Positions 1 to 8,518 of a stretch of 64,000 bases of DNA are shown piece by piece. The position numbers and the translations under genes were made by a program. Each line of letters opens with the position of its first letter. Within the stretch, counting starts at the first letter, position 1. This stretch comes from Candidatus Parcubacteria bacterium (GTDB lineage: Bacteria; Patescibacteriota; Patescibacteriia; Patescibacteriales; UBA12465): positions 397,337-461,336 of the forward strand of contig AP029158.1 of assembly GCA_037076615.1 (NCBI GenBank). The letters are read 5' to 3'. The notes beneath the pieces are model-generated. The model saw only the letters and a program-made list of their open reading frames with translations. It ran no database searches and had not been told where the DNA came from.

Positions 1-72
1 GAAGACATAATTATAATTTTTAGTTGTCTTTATTCTAGCATTTAAGAAATAAAAAGCAAAAAAACTAACCAC

Positions 73-102
73 AAAAAGACCCTCCCGAAGGAGGGTCTTT
101 TT
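73..102 (-). terminator. Intrinsic terminator of the S-layer-like gene
   Basis: Perfect inverted repeat AAAAAGACCCTCC-cgaa-GGAGGGTCTTTTT; cUUCGg loop plus U-tract on the minus strand. Confidence 0.9.
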
Positions 103-146
103 ATTGTCCAATTACGGACGACACTCTAGTCTAAACTTAGAAAAGT

Positions 147-3100
147 TTATTGAGCAAGAGTGAAGGTTGTGCCTGTTAACTCAGCAATGTGTGTACCATC
201 AATCTGAGTGTCAGTATTAAGAATAGTGCCATCATTCCAGGCCCAACCAGTGTTTACAAGACTTAAGCCAAAGTAGGCAGTACCTGTAGTTGGAATACCA
301 GTGGCGGTGTTAGCATAAACCACGAAGGTTTTTGCTGCACCCTTGTCAATGGTAACCACATCGTTAAAGGTTACGGCCATATTAGTGGAAGTTGCGAGGG
401 TTGTAGTACCCAAAACTGTTCCTAAATCAGTGGCATCAACAATCTGTAAACTACTGCCAGTTGCAAAACTAGTGTAGTTAGAGCTCAACTTAAAGACAAC
501 TGTCTTTAAGTTTACAAGGCTGTTTCCAGCCGCAGTAACTGTAAAGCGCATCACCTCAGTCTTGTCACCAATCTTTAAAGTGGTGTCAGTGTAATTAGAT
601 GCATCAACAACAGCTGGGTAAGAAGCGACTAATCTCATCTCCTTAGAGGCAATACCAGTGGCTAAAGACTCGTCATGTTGAGTGCCATTAACAGTGTACT
701 TGTAGCCCGCCAATTCAAAGTTCTGGTCGGCACCAGTACTAACGCCACCCTGACCGGCAGAGGTAACATTGTTGTAAACAGCTTTTACTTCAATGTTAGC
801 GCCTTGTAGACCAGCAGGGATTCTGATGTTTAAGCCAGAAACAGTAGCTGTACTACTAGCAACATTAGTACTACTAGCAATAACAGGTACGCTTACACCA
901 TTAACGATAATTTGGCTGATACCATCAGTAACGCTAGCAAAACTTAATTCGTTGATGTAGGCATCCGCATTGTTAGCAACAAACTTGTAGTTAGCTGCTG
1001 TTGCAGTGGAACCGCCAAGAACGAAGAAAGAGTTAGGAGTAGAAGCTAAGGAAGGAGTACCTAAACTACCAGTTTTAACAGTCATAGTTTGACCATTAAC
1101 GCTTGTAGTAATACCACTATTATTAGTTTTATCGGTGCGATATGTGACAGACATGGTGGTATTAAACTCATCATCATTATCTAACTCATTAAGGTCGGCA
1201 TAGACATCAACAATTTTGTTACCATTAGCTGCAATAGCTAAATTAACATTAAAGTCGTTAGTTGTCTGTGGCTGTACTGGAGTTTCGTTCTCGCTAATGT
1301 ATAAGTTAGAGATGTTGTCCATGAACACATCACTGGTTGTAGCTAAACCAACTTTGATGTTAGAGATAACTACACCTTCAGCAGAGCCTGCGGACAAGAT
1401 GTAAGAGCCAATCTTAACCTTTTGGCTATTCTTGGATACATTCATGTTCTGCAAAGCGCTGTTCATAGCTACTTTAACATTACCAGAGGTAATATTTAAA
1501 GTTTTGTTGCCAGAAACAGTAACAGTAACAGAATTAAAAGAAGTTACACCTTCAGCAGATCCATCTTCAATTTCAGCAGTAACCGATTTAACTGTCGTAT
1601 CAGAATCAAGATTTAATGAGCCACGGACTTCAACAGTAACTTGTTTTCCAGCCTCAATAGTGAAGAGATTGCTGGAACCAAAATCAAAATCCTTGTTAAC
1701 TACATTACTAGTTGTCGCATAGGATTGAGAGGAACCAACTTGGGTGCCATCTACATAGATAGCAACATCATTAATTCCTTCTGATGCAATTCCAGTTTTC
1801 CCTGTTAATAAAACATTAGCTTTTAAAGTGTTGATTTTAACATCTTCACCCCAAGCCTTCATAGTATAACGAACTAAGGTAGCGTTAGAAGCTGTCTTAA
1901 CAACTTCAGTTGCACTATAGGTAGAATCCAATGACACAGATAAAGAGCCAGAACTAATCTCTCGGCTGGCCATATTCATATCAGTAATGGTGGCAACCGG
2001 AGTAACATTAATATTGTAATTAGTGTCAGTAAATACTACGTTAACTTTCGTTTGCATTTGGAAGCTGAAAGTGCGTGAAGAACCTTTTACAATATCAGCC
2101 TTAACCTCAATAAAGTGATCACCGGTGTTCATGCGGTAAGCCTTAGAAAGATCAAAGACTAATTTGTTATCAACAAAAGTACCATCACCAGCTTTAACAC
2201 CATCAACATAAATAGCGAAGTTCGCTAAATCGTCTTTTTGAATGGAACCAACTTGTTGTAAAGCTAAATACTTAAAGTCAACTGGCTTTTGAGTAACTTT
2301 AACTTTAGCATCCCAAATAACAGCATTCATACTACCAGCTTTAATTTCAGTAGTAGGCATACTGCCTTTTGTTAAGGTAACAACAGACATATCGGTTGGT
2401 GCCTTAAATAAAGACATGGTGTTTCCAGTGATTGGGAAAGAACCATTAACAGTTGCACCAGTAGAAACAACATCAGTAGCCGCTGCTAAAGATAAACCAA
2501 TATTACCAGATTGAGCAGCACCATCAATATTAGCTTTTACTGTCAAAGTCTTAGTTTGACCAGCTGGGATAGTTACCAAGCTAGCACCAGAGAAATTGAT
2601 ATAGCCGTTGCTCATGGAAGAGACGTCGGTCAAGCGGGTATTACCATCATAAAGATAAGCCTCGGCAATAGTAGAGTCAGAAGCAAAGCCAGTCTTCTTG
2701 AATTTGATGGACTTTAAAGTAACCGCTCCGTCATTAGCGGCAGTTAAGTTAACCGAAACTAATGGAGCTAAAGCTTGGCCACCAACTAAGGAGGCTGCCG
2801 CCGGAGTCGCGGAAGACAAAGAAACGGTCACACCGGAAGCGGTTGTTACCGGACCGGTAGCGTTCTGAGCGTCATAAGCGAACTCGTTGTTGCTAATTGC
2901 ATTAGCCTTGGGAGTAATTTCCTTAGAAAGGGTAATTACATCGTTAAAGCTAAAACGATTGGCGTAGAAAGCGCTCTCGGATGCTACTGCGCGATAGTTA
3001 GTACCATCGAAGTAGTAAACGGTAGCGTCATCAGATTTCTTAACTAAAGTACCGGCAGCAATTTCGCCAGAGGCTAAAGGCTGACCAATGGTGTAGTTAG

Positions 3101-3539
3101 TGAAGAAGGAATCAGCAACGTCAACCACTCTCTTGGCCCAGTTAGGACCATAGGTAGCGATAGCGTCGGATTCACTTTGGATTTTGCGTAAAACGCCATT
3201 TGGTTCAACAGCGTATACGGAAGGATCGGTGGTAATCTTCACAAGTTTGGTACCCGGTCTCATGGTGACGTTTGCCCCTAGAGGGTAGCTCTGTAATTCG
3301 GAAGCCGATACAGTTACTACACCACTGAAGTCACGATGCCAAGAGAAGAATACGCTCTCGTGAGGATATACATATCTTTTACTGTCCTTGCCTAAGAAAT
3401 AAACGGTGGAAAGACCGTCCATCTTAATCAGGTCACCAGCTTGAGGAGTTGCTGCGTGAGCAAAACTTCCAAAGCCTAGCATTACTGCTAAAGTCATGAC
3501 CATTACGCTGGCAGTAAAGATTTTGCGTAATTTGTTCAT
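147..3539 (-). CDS. Large secreted S-layer-like surface protein
   Basis: 1130 aa; signal peptide ending AHA; three N-terminal ~55-aa repeats; T/S/V/N-rich beta-type body; strong terminator and long leader. Confidence 0.7.
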   Translation of the reverse strand: MNKLRKIFTASVMVMTLAVMLGFGSFAHAATPQAGDLIKMDGLSTVYFLGKDSKRYVYPHESVFFSWHRDFSGVVTVSASELQSYPLGANVTMRPGTKLVKITTDPSVYAVEPNGVLRKIQSESDAIATYGPNWAKRVVDVADSFFTNYTIGQPLASGEIAAGTLVKKSDDATVYYFDGTNYRAVASESAFYANRFSFNDVITLSKEITPKANAISNNEFAYDAQNATGPVTTASGVTVSLSSATPAAASLVGGQALAPLVSVNLTAANDGAVTLKSIKFKKTGFASDSTIAEAYLYDGNTRLTDVSSMSNGYINFSGASLVTIPAGQTKTLTVKANIDGAAQSGNIGLSLAAATDVVSTGATVNGSFPITGNTMSLFKAPTDMSVVTLTKGSMPTTEIKAGSMNAVIWDAKVKVTQKPVDFKYLALQQVGSIQKDDLANFAIYVDGVKAGDGTFVDNKLVFDLSKAYRMNTGDHFIEVKADIVKGSSRTFSFQMQTKVNVVFTDTNYNINVTPVATITDMNMASREISSGSLSVSLDSTYSATEVVKTASNATLVRYTMKAWGEDVKINTLKANVLLTGKTGIASEGINDVAIYVDGTQVGSSQSYATTSNVVNKDFDFGSSNLFTIEAGKQVTVEVRGSLNLDSDTTVKSVTAEIEDGSAEGVTSFNSVTVTVSGNKTLNITSGNVKVAMNSALQNMNVSKNSQKVKIGSYILSAGSAEGVVISNIKVGLATTSDVFMDNISNLYISENETPVQPQTTNDFNVNLAIAANGNKIVDVYADLNELDNDDEFNTTMSVTYRTDKTNNSGITTSVNGQTMTVKTGSLGTPSLASTPNSFFVLGGSTATAANYKFVANNADAYINELSFASVTDGISQIIVNGVSVPVIASSTNVASSTATVSGLNIRIPAGLQGANIEVKAVYNNVTSAGQGGVSTGADQNFELAGYKYTVNGTQHDESLATGIASKEMRLVASYPAVVDASNYTDTTLKIGDKTEVMRFTVTAAGNSLVNLKTVVFKLSSNYTSFATGSSLQIVDATDLGTVLGTTTLATSTNMAVTFNDVVTIDKGAAKTFVVYANTATGIPTTGTAYFGLSLVNTGWAWNDGTILNTDTQIDGTHIAELTGTTFTLAQ

Positions 3540-3599
3540 AATTAATTAATTTTTAAGATATTATCAATCCGGACATTAGTCAGAATTAATAATTTCTTT

Positions 3600-3936
3600 G
3601 GAGATTCGGTTCAAGCGTCAATCGGAGAGATTCCAAATCGTAAATCGATCGGAATCCCGCTTCCCTAAGTGACTAAGCCACCTAGCGAAAAGCTAAATCG
3701 ATCTACTTTCTGTCTTCTGTCTGATCGTTGCTTCTCGCCGAATCATAAGAATTTATAAGAACGAAAACCGTCCTTGCGGACTCGACCCTTTAAGGGCTCT
3801 CGTTGACCTTGTTTAAAGTTTCCTTTAAAGCCGGTCTGTTAATTTATCTCTGATTATCCAACCGGATCAGACGACGAATCTTCCGAAAGGGTTCTCTAGC
3901 CAAGAGATAAACTAACAGACAGGATTTAAGGCCTGC
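3600..3936 (-). ncRNA. Structured 5' leader (candidate cis-regulatory RNA) of the S-layer-like gene
   Basis: 17-bp stem 3834-3850/3904-3920; GCAA and GAAA tetraloop hairpins; G-U pairs mostly favour the minus strand. Confidence 0.6.
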
Positions 3937-3944
3937 TATATATA

Positions 3945-4805
3945 TTAAGGTAGGGGCTCTGAAGTGCTCGCTTCCCCTAACTCAACTTTTGGAGTGCTAG
4001 TTTCGATTTGTGGCACTTCAGGAGCTTTAACTTCTTCTTTAGCCGGCACTAAAGTACCAAGTAAGGCGCCAGCTTCCTTATATTTCTTTTCATTAAATAA
4101 AGTTTCCGCTTGTTCAATAATTTTAGTCGGTGAATTTGTGTCTGATTTTACATTTTCTGTTTCCGCCAAACTAACCGAGATGCCGTCTTCCCCTTTTTCT
4201 AAGTTAGCACTAAAAACATCTTCAGCGACCACTTCCGCAACCGGAGCTTGGCTCTCAACATTACTGGTCTCCGGAGCTAAAGCCACCGAAACGCTATTGT
4301 CCTCTTCCCAACGGGAAGCCACTTCTTTCATGGTATTTAATTCCTTGGTAAATTTCTCGGTCAAATCAGAACGAGTCTCTTCATCAATAGACTCCTCTTC
4401 CGATAAAACGGTAACAATATTTTGCGCCTTAGAAGCAGCAAATTGACTGGCGAGCTCATCCTTAGCTTTTCCACCCCGCATGGTGTTAAGTTTTACCTGC
4501 TCGGAAAGTTCACGGGCAATATATAAGGAATCAGTCGGCTTGGTGTCGGAAAATAATAAATGACTGTAAGTCATCGCTGATCCTAAAAATAAAACCAAAG
4601 AGCCAAGCACGGCCGCCGGAACGGAAACACCTCTTAAAACACTTTTAAAATTAATAACAAAAGAACTCCACGGAGAAAGCTCTTTCCCCCCGGAGTTTGA
4701 AATTTGGGCAAACAAAGAATCGCGGTTGCTTTTAAGCCACTGCGTGTCTGGTTGAATATCTTCTTTAAGTGATTTTAGTGAGTTAAATAATTCTTTATCA
4801 GTCAT
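3945..4805 (-). CDS. Putative membrane-anchored anti-sigma factor
   Basis: Directly downstream of ECF sigma; short N-terminal cytoplasmic domain, one TM helix, acidic extracytoplasmic region. Confidence 0.6.
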   Translation of the reverse strand: MTDKELFNSLKSLKEDIQPDTQWLKSNRDSLFAQISNSGGKELSPWSSFVINFKSVLRGVSVPAAVLGSLVLFLGSAMTYSHLLFSDTKPTDSLYIARELSEQVKLNTMRGGKAKDELASQFAASKAQNIVTVLSEEESIDEETRSDLTEKFTKELNTMKEVASRWEEDNSVSVALAPETSNVESQAPVAEVVAEDVFSANLEKGEDGISVSLAETENVKSDTNSPTKIIEQAETLFNEKKYKEAGALLGTLVPAKEEVKAPEVPQIETSTPKVELGEASTSEPLP

Positions 4806-4814
4806 ACACTATAG

Positions 4815-4842
4815 TATACGGCTGGCGACGCCAATCGTTACA
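4815..4842 (-). promoter_or_regulatory. ECF-type promoter for the anti-sigma gene
   Basis: TGTAAC-N16-CGTATA on the minus strand, matching the AAC...CGT ECF consensus (B. subtilis SigW/SigX type). Confidence 0.6.
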
Positions 4843-5467
4843 GTTTTAGGGTGGGCTGTTTAGGAGTCTTCCCGCCGGATTTTTTCCCACCTTTTTCTTC
4901 AGGCGGCAACATTTTCTTTAGAGCGACAATAGAGCGATGAATTAAGACGCGCACATTGCCGCGCGTCTTGCCGGTCGCTTCCACAATTTCATCAATTTCT
5001 AAATCATTGATAAAACGCAAAACGATAATTTCTCGGTATTCATCTTTTAGTAAAGGCAACTTACTCTTAATAAGAGACAAGCGCCGATTTTTTTCAGCTG
5101 CTTCCGGTAAATCAATGGTCTCATCGGGCAGGTCTAAAGGATTGTTTTCATCATCTAAAGAAAGATCGCGCTTGTGGCCGCTCTCGCGGTAGTAATCAAT
5201 AATGGAAGTGCGCGCAATGCGATACAATAAACCCCGCAGAGTTTTCGCATCTGTTAGGCTATTGGTCTGGATATGATTCCAGGTTTTTAGAAAAATAATC
5301 GAGGTTAGATCTTTCGCTTCTTCAGTGCGACCAACCTTAAAATAGGCAAAGCGATAAATATCGGCCGCTTGTTCATCGTACAGTTTAATGAAGGCTTCTT
5401 TATCCTTATTCTTTAAGCGGCTGATTGTCTGCTGATCTTTAATTTTTCGACCAAAGGGTTTAGGCAT
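4838..5467 (-). CDS. ECF-family RNA polymerase sigma factor
   Basis: Region 2 (AKDLTSIIFLKTW, LYRIART..IDYYR) and region 4 (YREIIVLRF..EIVEATGKTRGNVRVLIHR). Confidence 0.92.
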   Translation of the reverse strand: MPKPFGRKIKDQQTISRLKNKDKEAFIKLYDEQAADIYRFAYFKVGRTEEAKDLTSIIFLKTWNHIQTNSLTDAKTLRGLLYRIARTSIIDYYRESGHKRDLSLDDENNPLDLPDETIDLPEAAEKNRRLSLIKSKLPLLKDEYREIIVLRFINDLEIDEIVEATGKTRGNVRVLIHRSIVALKKMLPPEEKGGKKSGGKTPKQPTLKL

Positions 5468-5626
5468 TTTTGTAATTTAGCAAAAATAAAAGGGTTATAC
5501 CCTTCAAAAAAATCTCGCAAATTGTTTCTCCAGATTATCATAGTGAGGCAAGAAAAGCAAGAATTAAAAGTGGAAAAGCCTAGGAAATAGTTTAGAAAAA
5601 GGACTAAGAAAAGGGTCGCAAAAATG

Positions 5627-5782
5627 GCTTAATAAAAACTGAAGATTGGGAGTAATGTCTGGCCAAGCCCCTCCCCGCAAGCGCCTGCTTAATAAAAACT
5701 AAAGATTGCCAAAAAAGGTTTTCCGTGTTCTACCTTAATAAAAGCTAAAGACTGGCTTTTCAATCTTTAGAAAAAATTAAGC
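5627..5782. repeat. Four ~22-bp repeats (G/C)CTTAA-N6-CT(A/G)AAGA(T/C)TG, three direct and one inverted
   Basis: Copies at 5627-5648, 5687-5708, 5733-5754 (+) and 5761-5782 (-). Confidence 0.8.
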
Positions 5783-5796
5783 AGCGGCTATTTTGG

Positions 5797-5930
5797 TCTA
5801 CTTAAGTCTACTCTATCCTGGACTTAAGTAGATAATTTAAGGTCTAAAGAATTATAATAGCTCTGATCGGAATACGCTTGACTTTATAATTTTAATACTT
5901 TAGTCTAAGGTATAGTGGACTTAAGTCAGA
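5797..5930. promoter_or_regulatory. Cluster of GACTTAAGT boxes (candidate operator) plus sigma70-like promoter of the HTH gene
   Basis: 12-bp inverted repeat 5797-5808/5821-5832; TGGACTTAAGT repeated at 5916; TTGACT-17-TAGTCT at 5878-5906. Confidence 0.6.
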
Positions 5931-5931
5931 T

Positions 5932-6210
5932 ATGAAGACAAAGAAAAACATCCAAAAACCCCTGTGGTTCTCCGTCTCGGCTTCCGCCAATTTAGGCGGC
6001 GTCGACCCTAAAACCATCCGTCGGGCTATTAAAAAATCGCCTGATTTAAAATACAAAATTATCAACGATCGCTATCGTATTGAACTCGGCTCCCTGCTCC
6101 GTTATCTAAATGCCAACCGGAAGTTAAAAAATAAATTATACGAGCAGGGCTTAGGGCAATATTACCATAACTGGGAAACGGTCATTGAATCCGATTCCGA
6201 ACTTGGATAA
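5932..6210 (+). CDS. Small excisionase/MerR-like (HTH_17-type) DNA-binding protein
   Basis: SVSASANLGGVDPKTIRRAIK..L.......RYRI pattern; 92 aa, basic. Confidence 0.7.
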   Translation: MKTKKNIQKPLWFSVSASANLGGVDPKTIRRAIKKSPDLKYKIINDRYRIELGSLLRYLNANRKLKNKLYEQGLGQYYHNWETVIESDSELG

Positions 6211-6225
6211 TAAAATTAAGCCAAT

Positions 6226-6259
6226 AAAAAAACCACCCGATTCCGAAGGTGGTTTTTTT
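6226..6259. terminator. Bidirectional terminator between convergent HTH and hup genes
   Basis: A7-CCACC...GGTGG-T7. Confidence 0.8.
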
Positions 6260-6273
6260 GTTTGATTTTTGAA

Positions 6274-6555
6274 TTAAAGAATAGCGTCCTTAACTGCCTT
6301 GGAGAGACGGAACTTAACCACGGTCTTAGCCGGGATCTTGATCGTTTCTCCAGTAGCTGGGTTTCGTCCTTCGCGAGCTTTGCGCTTAGCTTTTACTAAC
6401 TTACCGAAACCAGGGACGATGCATTCTCCGCTTTTCTTTACTTCTTTGTAAACCATTTCGGAGTACACATCAAGGAAGTTAGAAACTTCTTTTTTGGAAG
6501 AACCAAGTTCTTCAGCTAAACTAGCGACCATTTTCGCTTTAGTCATTTTTGGCAT
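6274..6555 (-). CDS. hup: HU family DNA-binding protein
   Basis: GFGK...RKAREGRNPATGETIKIPA..VKFR motif. Confidence 0.95.
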   Translation of the reverse strand: MPKMTKAKMVASLAEELGSSKKEVSNFLDVYSEMVYKEVKKSGECIVPGFGKLVKAKRKAREGRNPATGETIKIPAKTVVKFRLSKAVKDAIL

Positions 6556-6666
6556 ATTTACATGGGGCGGAAACGACTAAGAAAAGTCTTAACCGTTTTT
6601 GCCTAAATTATTTTTGGTTAGTCCGCCAGCTTAGGCACCGACGCGATTAACCTTATTAATAGCATC

Positions 6667-6695
6667 ATTGTAGCACATTAGAAAAATTATGCCAA
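6667..6695 (-). promoter_or_regulatory. sigma70 promoter of hup
   Basis: TTGGCA-17-TACAAT with extended TG. Confidence 0.6.
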
Positions 6696-6722
6696 CAAAT
6701 CAGGGGGCTTTCCAAGAACCGT

Positions 6723-7445
6723 CTAGACAATCCTTTTTTTTCGCAAATATTTTTGCCGTTTAACTTCTGATAAATGCTCAATAGAATAACGCAACATTGT
6801 GCGCGGCATCCGCGCCGCATACTTATCTAAAAAATCTAGAAGAACTTTTCGATCGCGCTTCCCCACTTCGCGCAGCATCCAACCGCTGGCCTTATGAATT
6901 AAATCTTCAGGCGCGCTCAAGAAAATTTTAACTAATTCTAAAGTTGGTTGAAACTCACCATCATTAATAAAAGTTAAAGTGGCGACAATGGCGGAGCGCC
7001 GGTCCCAAAGATTAGGGCTTTGACTTAAAAAAATTAACAGTTGTCGTTCCGTGGGATAGTCACGCAAGTAAGCGCCTAAAATTTTGGGCGCTGACAAATC
7101 AACTAAATCCCAATTATTAATCTGCGGCCGGTGTCGCCAATACCAACGGACAATTTTTTTCTGCTCGGAAAATTTTTTCGCTTGCTCATAATGATTGACG
7201 GCAATAAAAAGAGCAATCAAGCGCAGTTCATGAACCGGTGAAGAAATTAATTCACTTAACTCAGCTAAAGAAAGATCGGAAAATTGTTTGGCAATTTGAC
7301 GCGAAGTCGGCACCTTGAGGCCCCAAAAAATATCGCCCTCGCCGTATTGCCCCGGACCGGTTTTAAAAAAGCTTTGTAAAATTTTCGCTTGCTCGGGCGA
7401 GGCCAACTTTTTTACGGTCGCAGTTATTTTTTTTACTTTGTCCAT
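6723..7445 (-). CDS. DNA alkylation repair protein (AlkD-like)
   Basis: FFKTGPGQYGEGD, NNWDLVD, DLIHKASGWMLREVGK, MPRTMLRYSIE motifs. Confidence 0.9.
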   Translation of the reverse strand: MDKVKKITATVKKLASPEQAKILQSFFKTGPGQYGEGDIFWGLKVPTSRQIAKQFSDLSLAELSELISSPVHELRLIALFIAVNHYEQAKKFSEQKKIVRWYWRHRPQINNWDLVDLSAPKILGAYLRDYPTERQLLIFLSQSPNLWDRRSAIVATLTFINDGEFQPTLELVKIFLSAPEDLIHKASGWMLREVGKRDRKVLLDFLDKYAARMPRTMLRYSIEHLSEVKRQKYLRKKRIV

Positions 7446-7446
7446 A

Positions 7447-7905
7447 TTAGTAATGATAAGTTTTATTAGCCTTGATCGTCGCCGCTCGATAAAGCTGTTC
7501 TAATAAGACCACGCGCGCTAACTCATGCGGCATCGTGAGTGGTGATAAAGATAGGCGCTTATAGTTTTTGGCAAAATCGTCCGGCCACCCCAAGGCGCCG
7601 GCGATTACCAAAACTAAAGGCTGGGAGCAAAGCTCGGTAAAACTCGGCGTGTCATAAAGACGACCGTGTTCACTTAATAAATAAACATTTTCTTTCGGGT
7701 AAGAAGACAGGGCTGCTTCTAAAGAATCCTTCAGTTTTTCTTGAGACTTTTTTCGACTTCCCGCTTGCTCGGAAAAAGGGAAAGCTGGCAGTTCAATAAT
7801 TTTTAAGCGCGCATAAGGACCGAGGCGCTGTTGGTATTGACTAGCTAAGGTCTTAAGGGTTGGTTCTTTTAGAGAACCGACCGTGATTAAGGTTAGATTT
7901 AACAT
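7447..7905 (-). CDS. rlmH: 23S rRNA (pseudouridine-1915-N3)-methyltransferase
   Basis: LSLSPLTMPHELARVVLLEQLYRA...YHY SPOUT motif. Confidence 0.92.
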   Translation of the reverse strand: MLNLTLITVGSLKEPTLKTLASQYQQRLGPYARLKIIELPAFPFSEQAGSRKKSQEKLKDSLEAALSSYPKENVYLLSEHGRLYDTPSFTELCSQPLVLVIAGALGWPDDFAKNYKRLSLSPLTMPHELARVVLLEQLYRAATIKANKTYHY

Positions 7906-8031
7906 ATTATTATTTTAGCAGACGGGGGCAATTTTACACTTGCCCCTTTAAAGGTGTTCCGATACAATTACATTATACTCTATCTTACTTCAATTTTTCC
8001 TCAAGATTTTTTTAAACTTAATAATATATTT

Positions 8032-8451
8032 ATGAAAAAACTTCTCCAAGAGTTTCGCGATTTCGCCATGAAAGGCAATGTGATTGATTTAGCCGTCGCG
8101 GTTGTCATTGGTGGTGCCTTTGGTAAAATTGTTAGCTCCTTAGTAGCTGACATTATTACTCCTTTTATCAGTTTATTAAGCGCGGGCGGCTCTTTAGCGG
8201 AGTGGACAATCACCTTAAGAAAGGCGAGTGAGACCGCCGAAGCGGTCACTCTAAATACTGGTCTCTTCCTACAAAACATTGTTGACTTCCTAATTATTGC
8301 CGGCTCTATTTTCTTAGTGATCAAATTAGCTAACAAATTTAAAGAACCGTTCAGGAAAAAAGAAGAAGCTGAGGTTCAAGAAGAAAAACCAGCCCCTTTA
8401 ACAAAAGATCAAGAATTATTACTGGAAATTAGAGATTTATTAAAGAAATAA
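8032..8451 (+). CDS. mscL: Large-conductance mechanosensitive channel
   Basis: EFRDFAMKGNVIDLAVAVVIGGAFGKIV and LLLEIRDLL; start moved to the ATG at 8032. Confidence 0.95.
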   Translation: MKKLLQEFRDFAMKGNVIDLAVAVVIGGAFGKIVSSLVADIITPFISLLSAGGSLAEWTITLRKASETAEAVTLNTGLFLQNIVDFLIIAGSIFLVIKLANKFKEPFRKKEEAEVQEEKPAPLTKDQELLLEIRDLLKK

Positions 8452-8468
8452 TAAAAAAAATAGCTTAC

Positions 8469-8506
8469 AAAAAAAAGAGCCTTCCGGACGGAAAGCTCTT
8501 TTTTTT
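8469..8506. terminator. Bidirectional terminator
   Basis: A8-GAGC..TTCC/GGAA..GCTC-T8 between convergent genes. Confidence 0.8.
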
Positions 8507-8518
8507 ATTGGCAATAAT

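Noticed and set aside
147-2700. Diversity-generating retroelement or cassette variation of the S-layer C-terminus
   Set aside because: No reverse transcriptase, template repeat or duplicate cassette in the window; the apparent AT-richer codon use was not quantified
5627-5782. CRISPR mini-array
   Set aside because: Unequal spacing (60 and 46 bp), one inverted copy, non-identical repeats and no cas genes in the window
5468-5931. Chromosomal origin (oriC) or dif site
   Set aside because: I found no TTATCCACA boxes or XerCD-type dif consensus, dnaA is absent, and gene strand bias does not flip here
5932-6210. Prophage or ICE excisionase
   Set aside because: No integrase, att repeats or phage genes nearby; flanked by housekeeping-type genes
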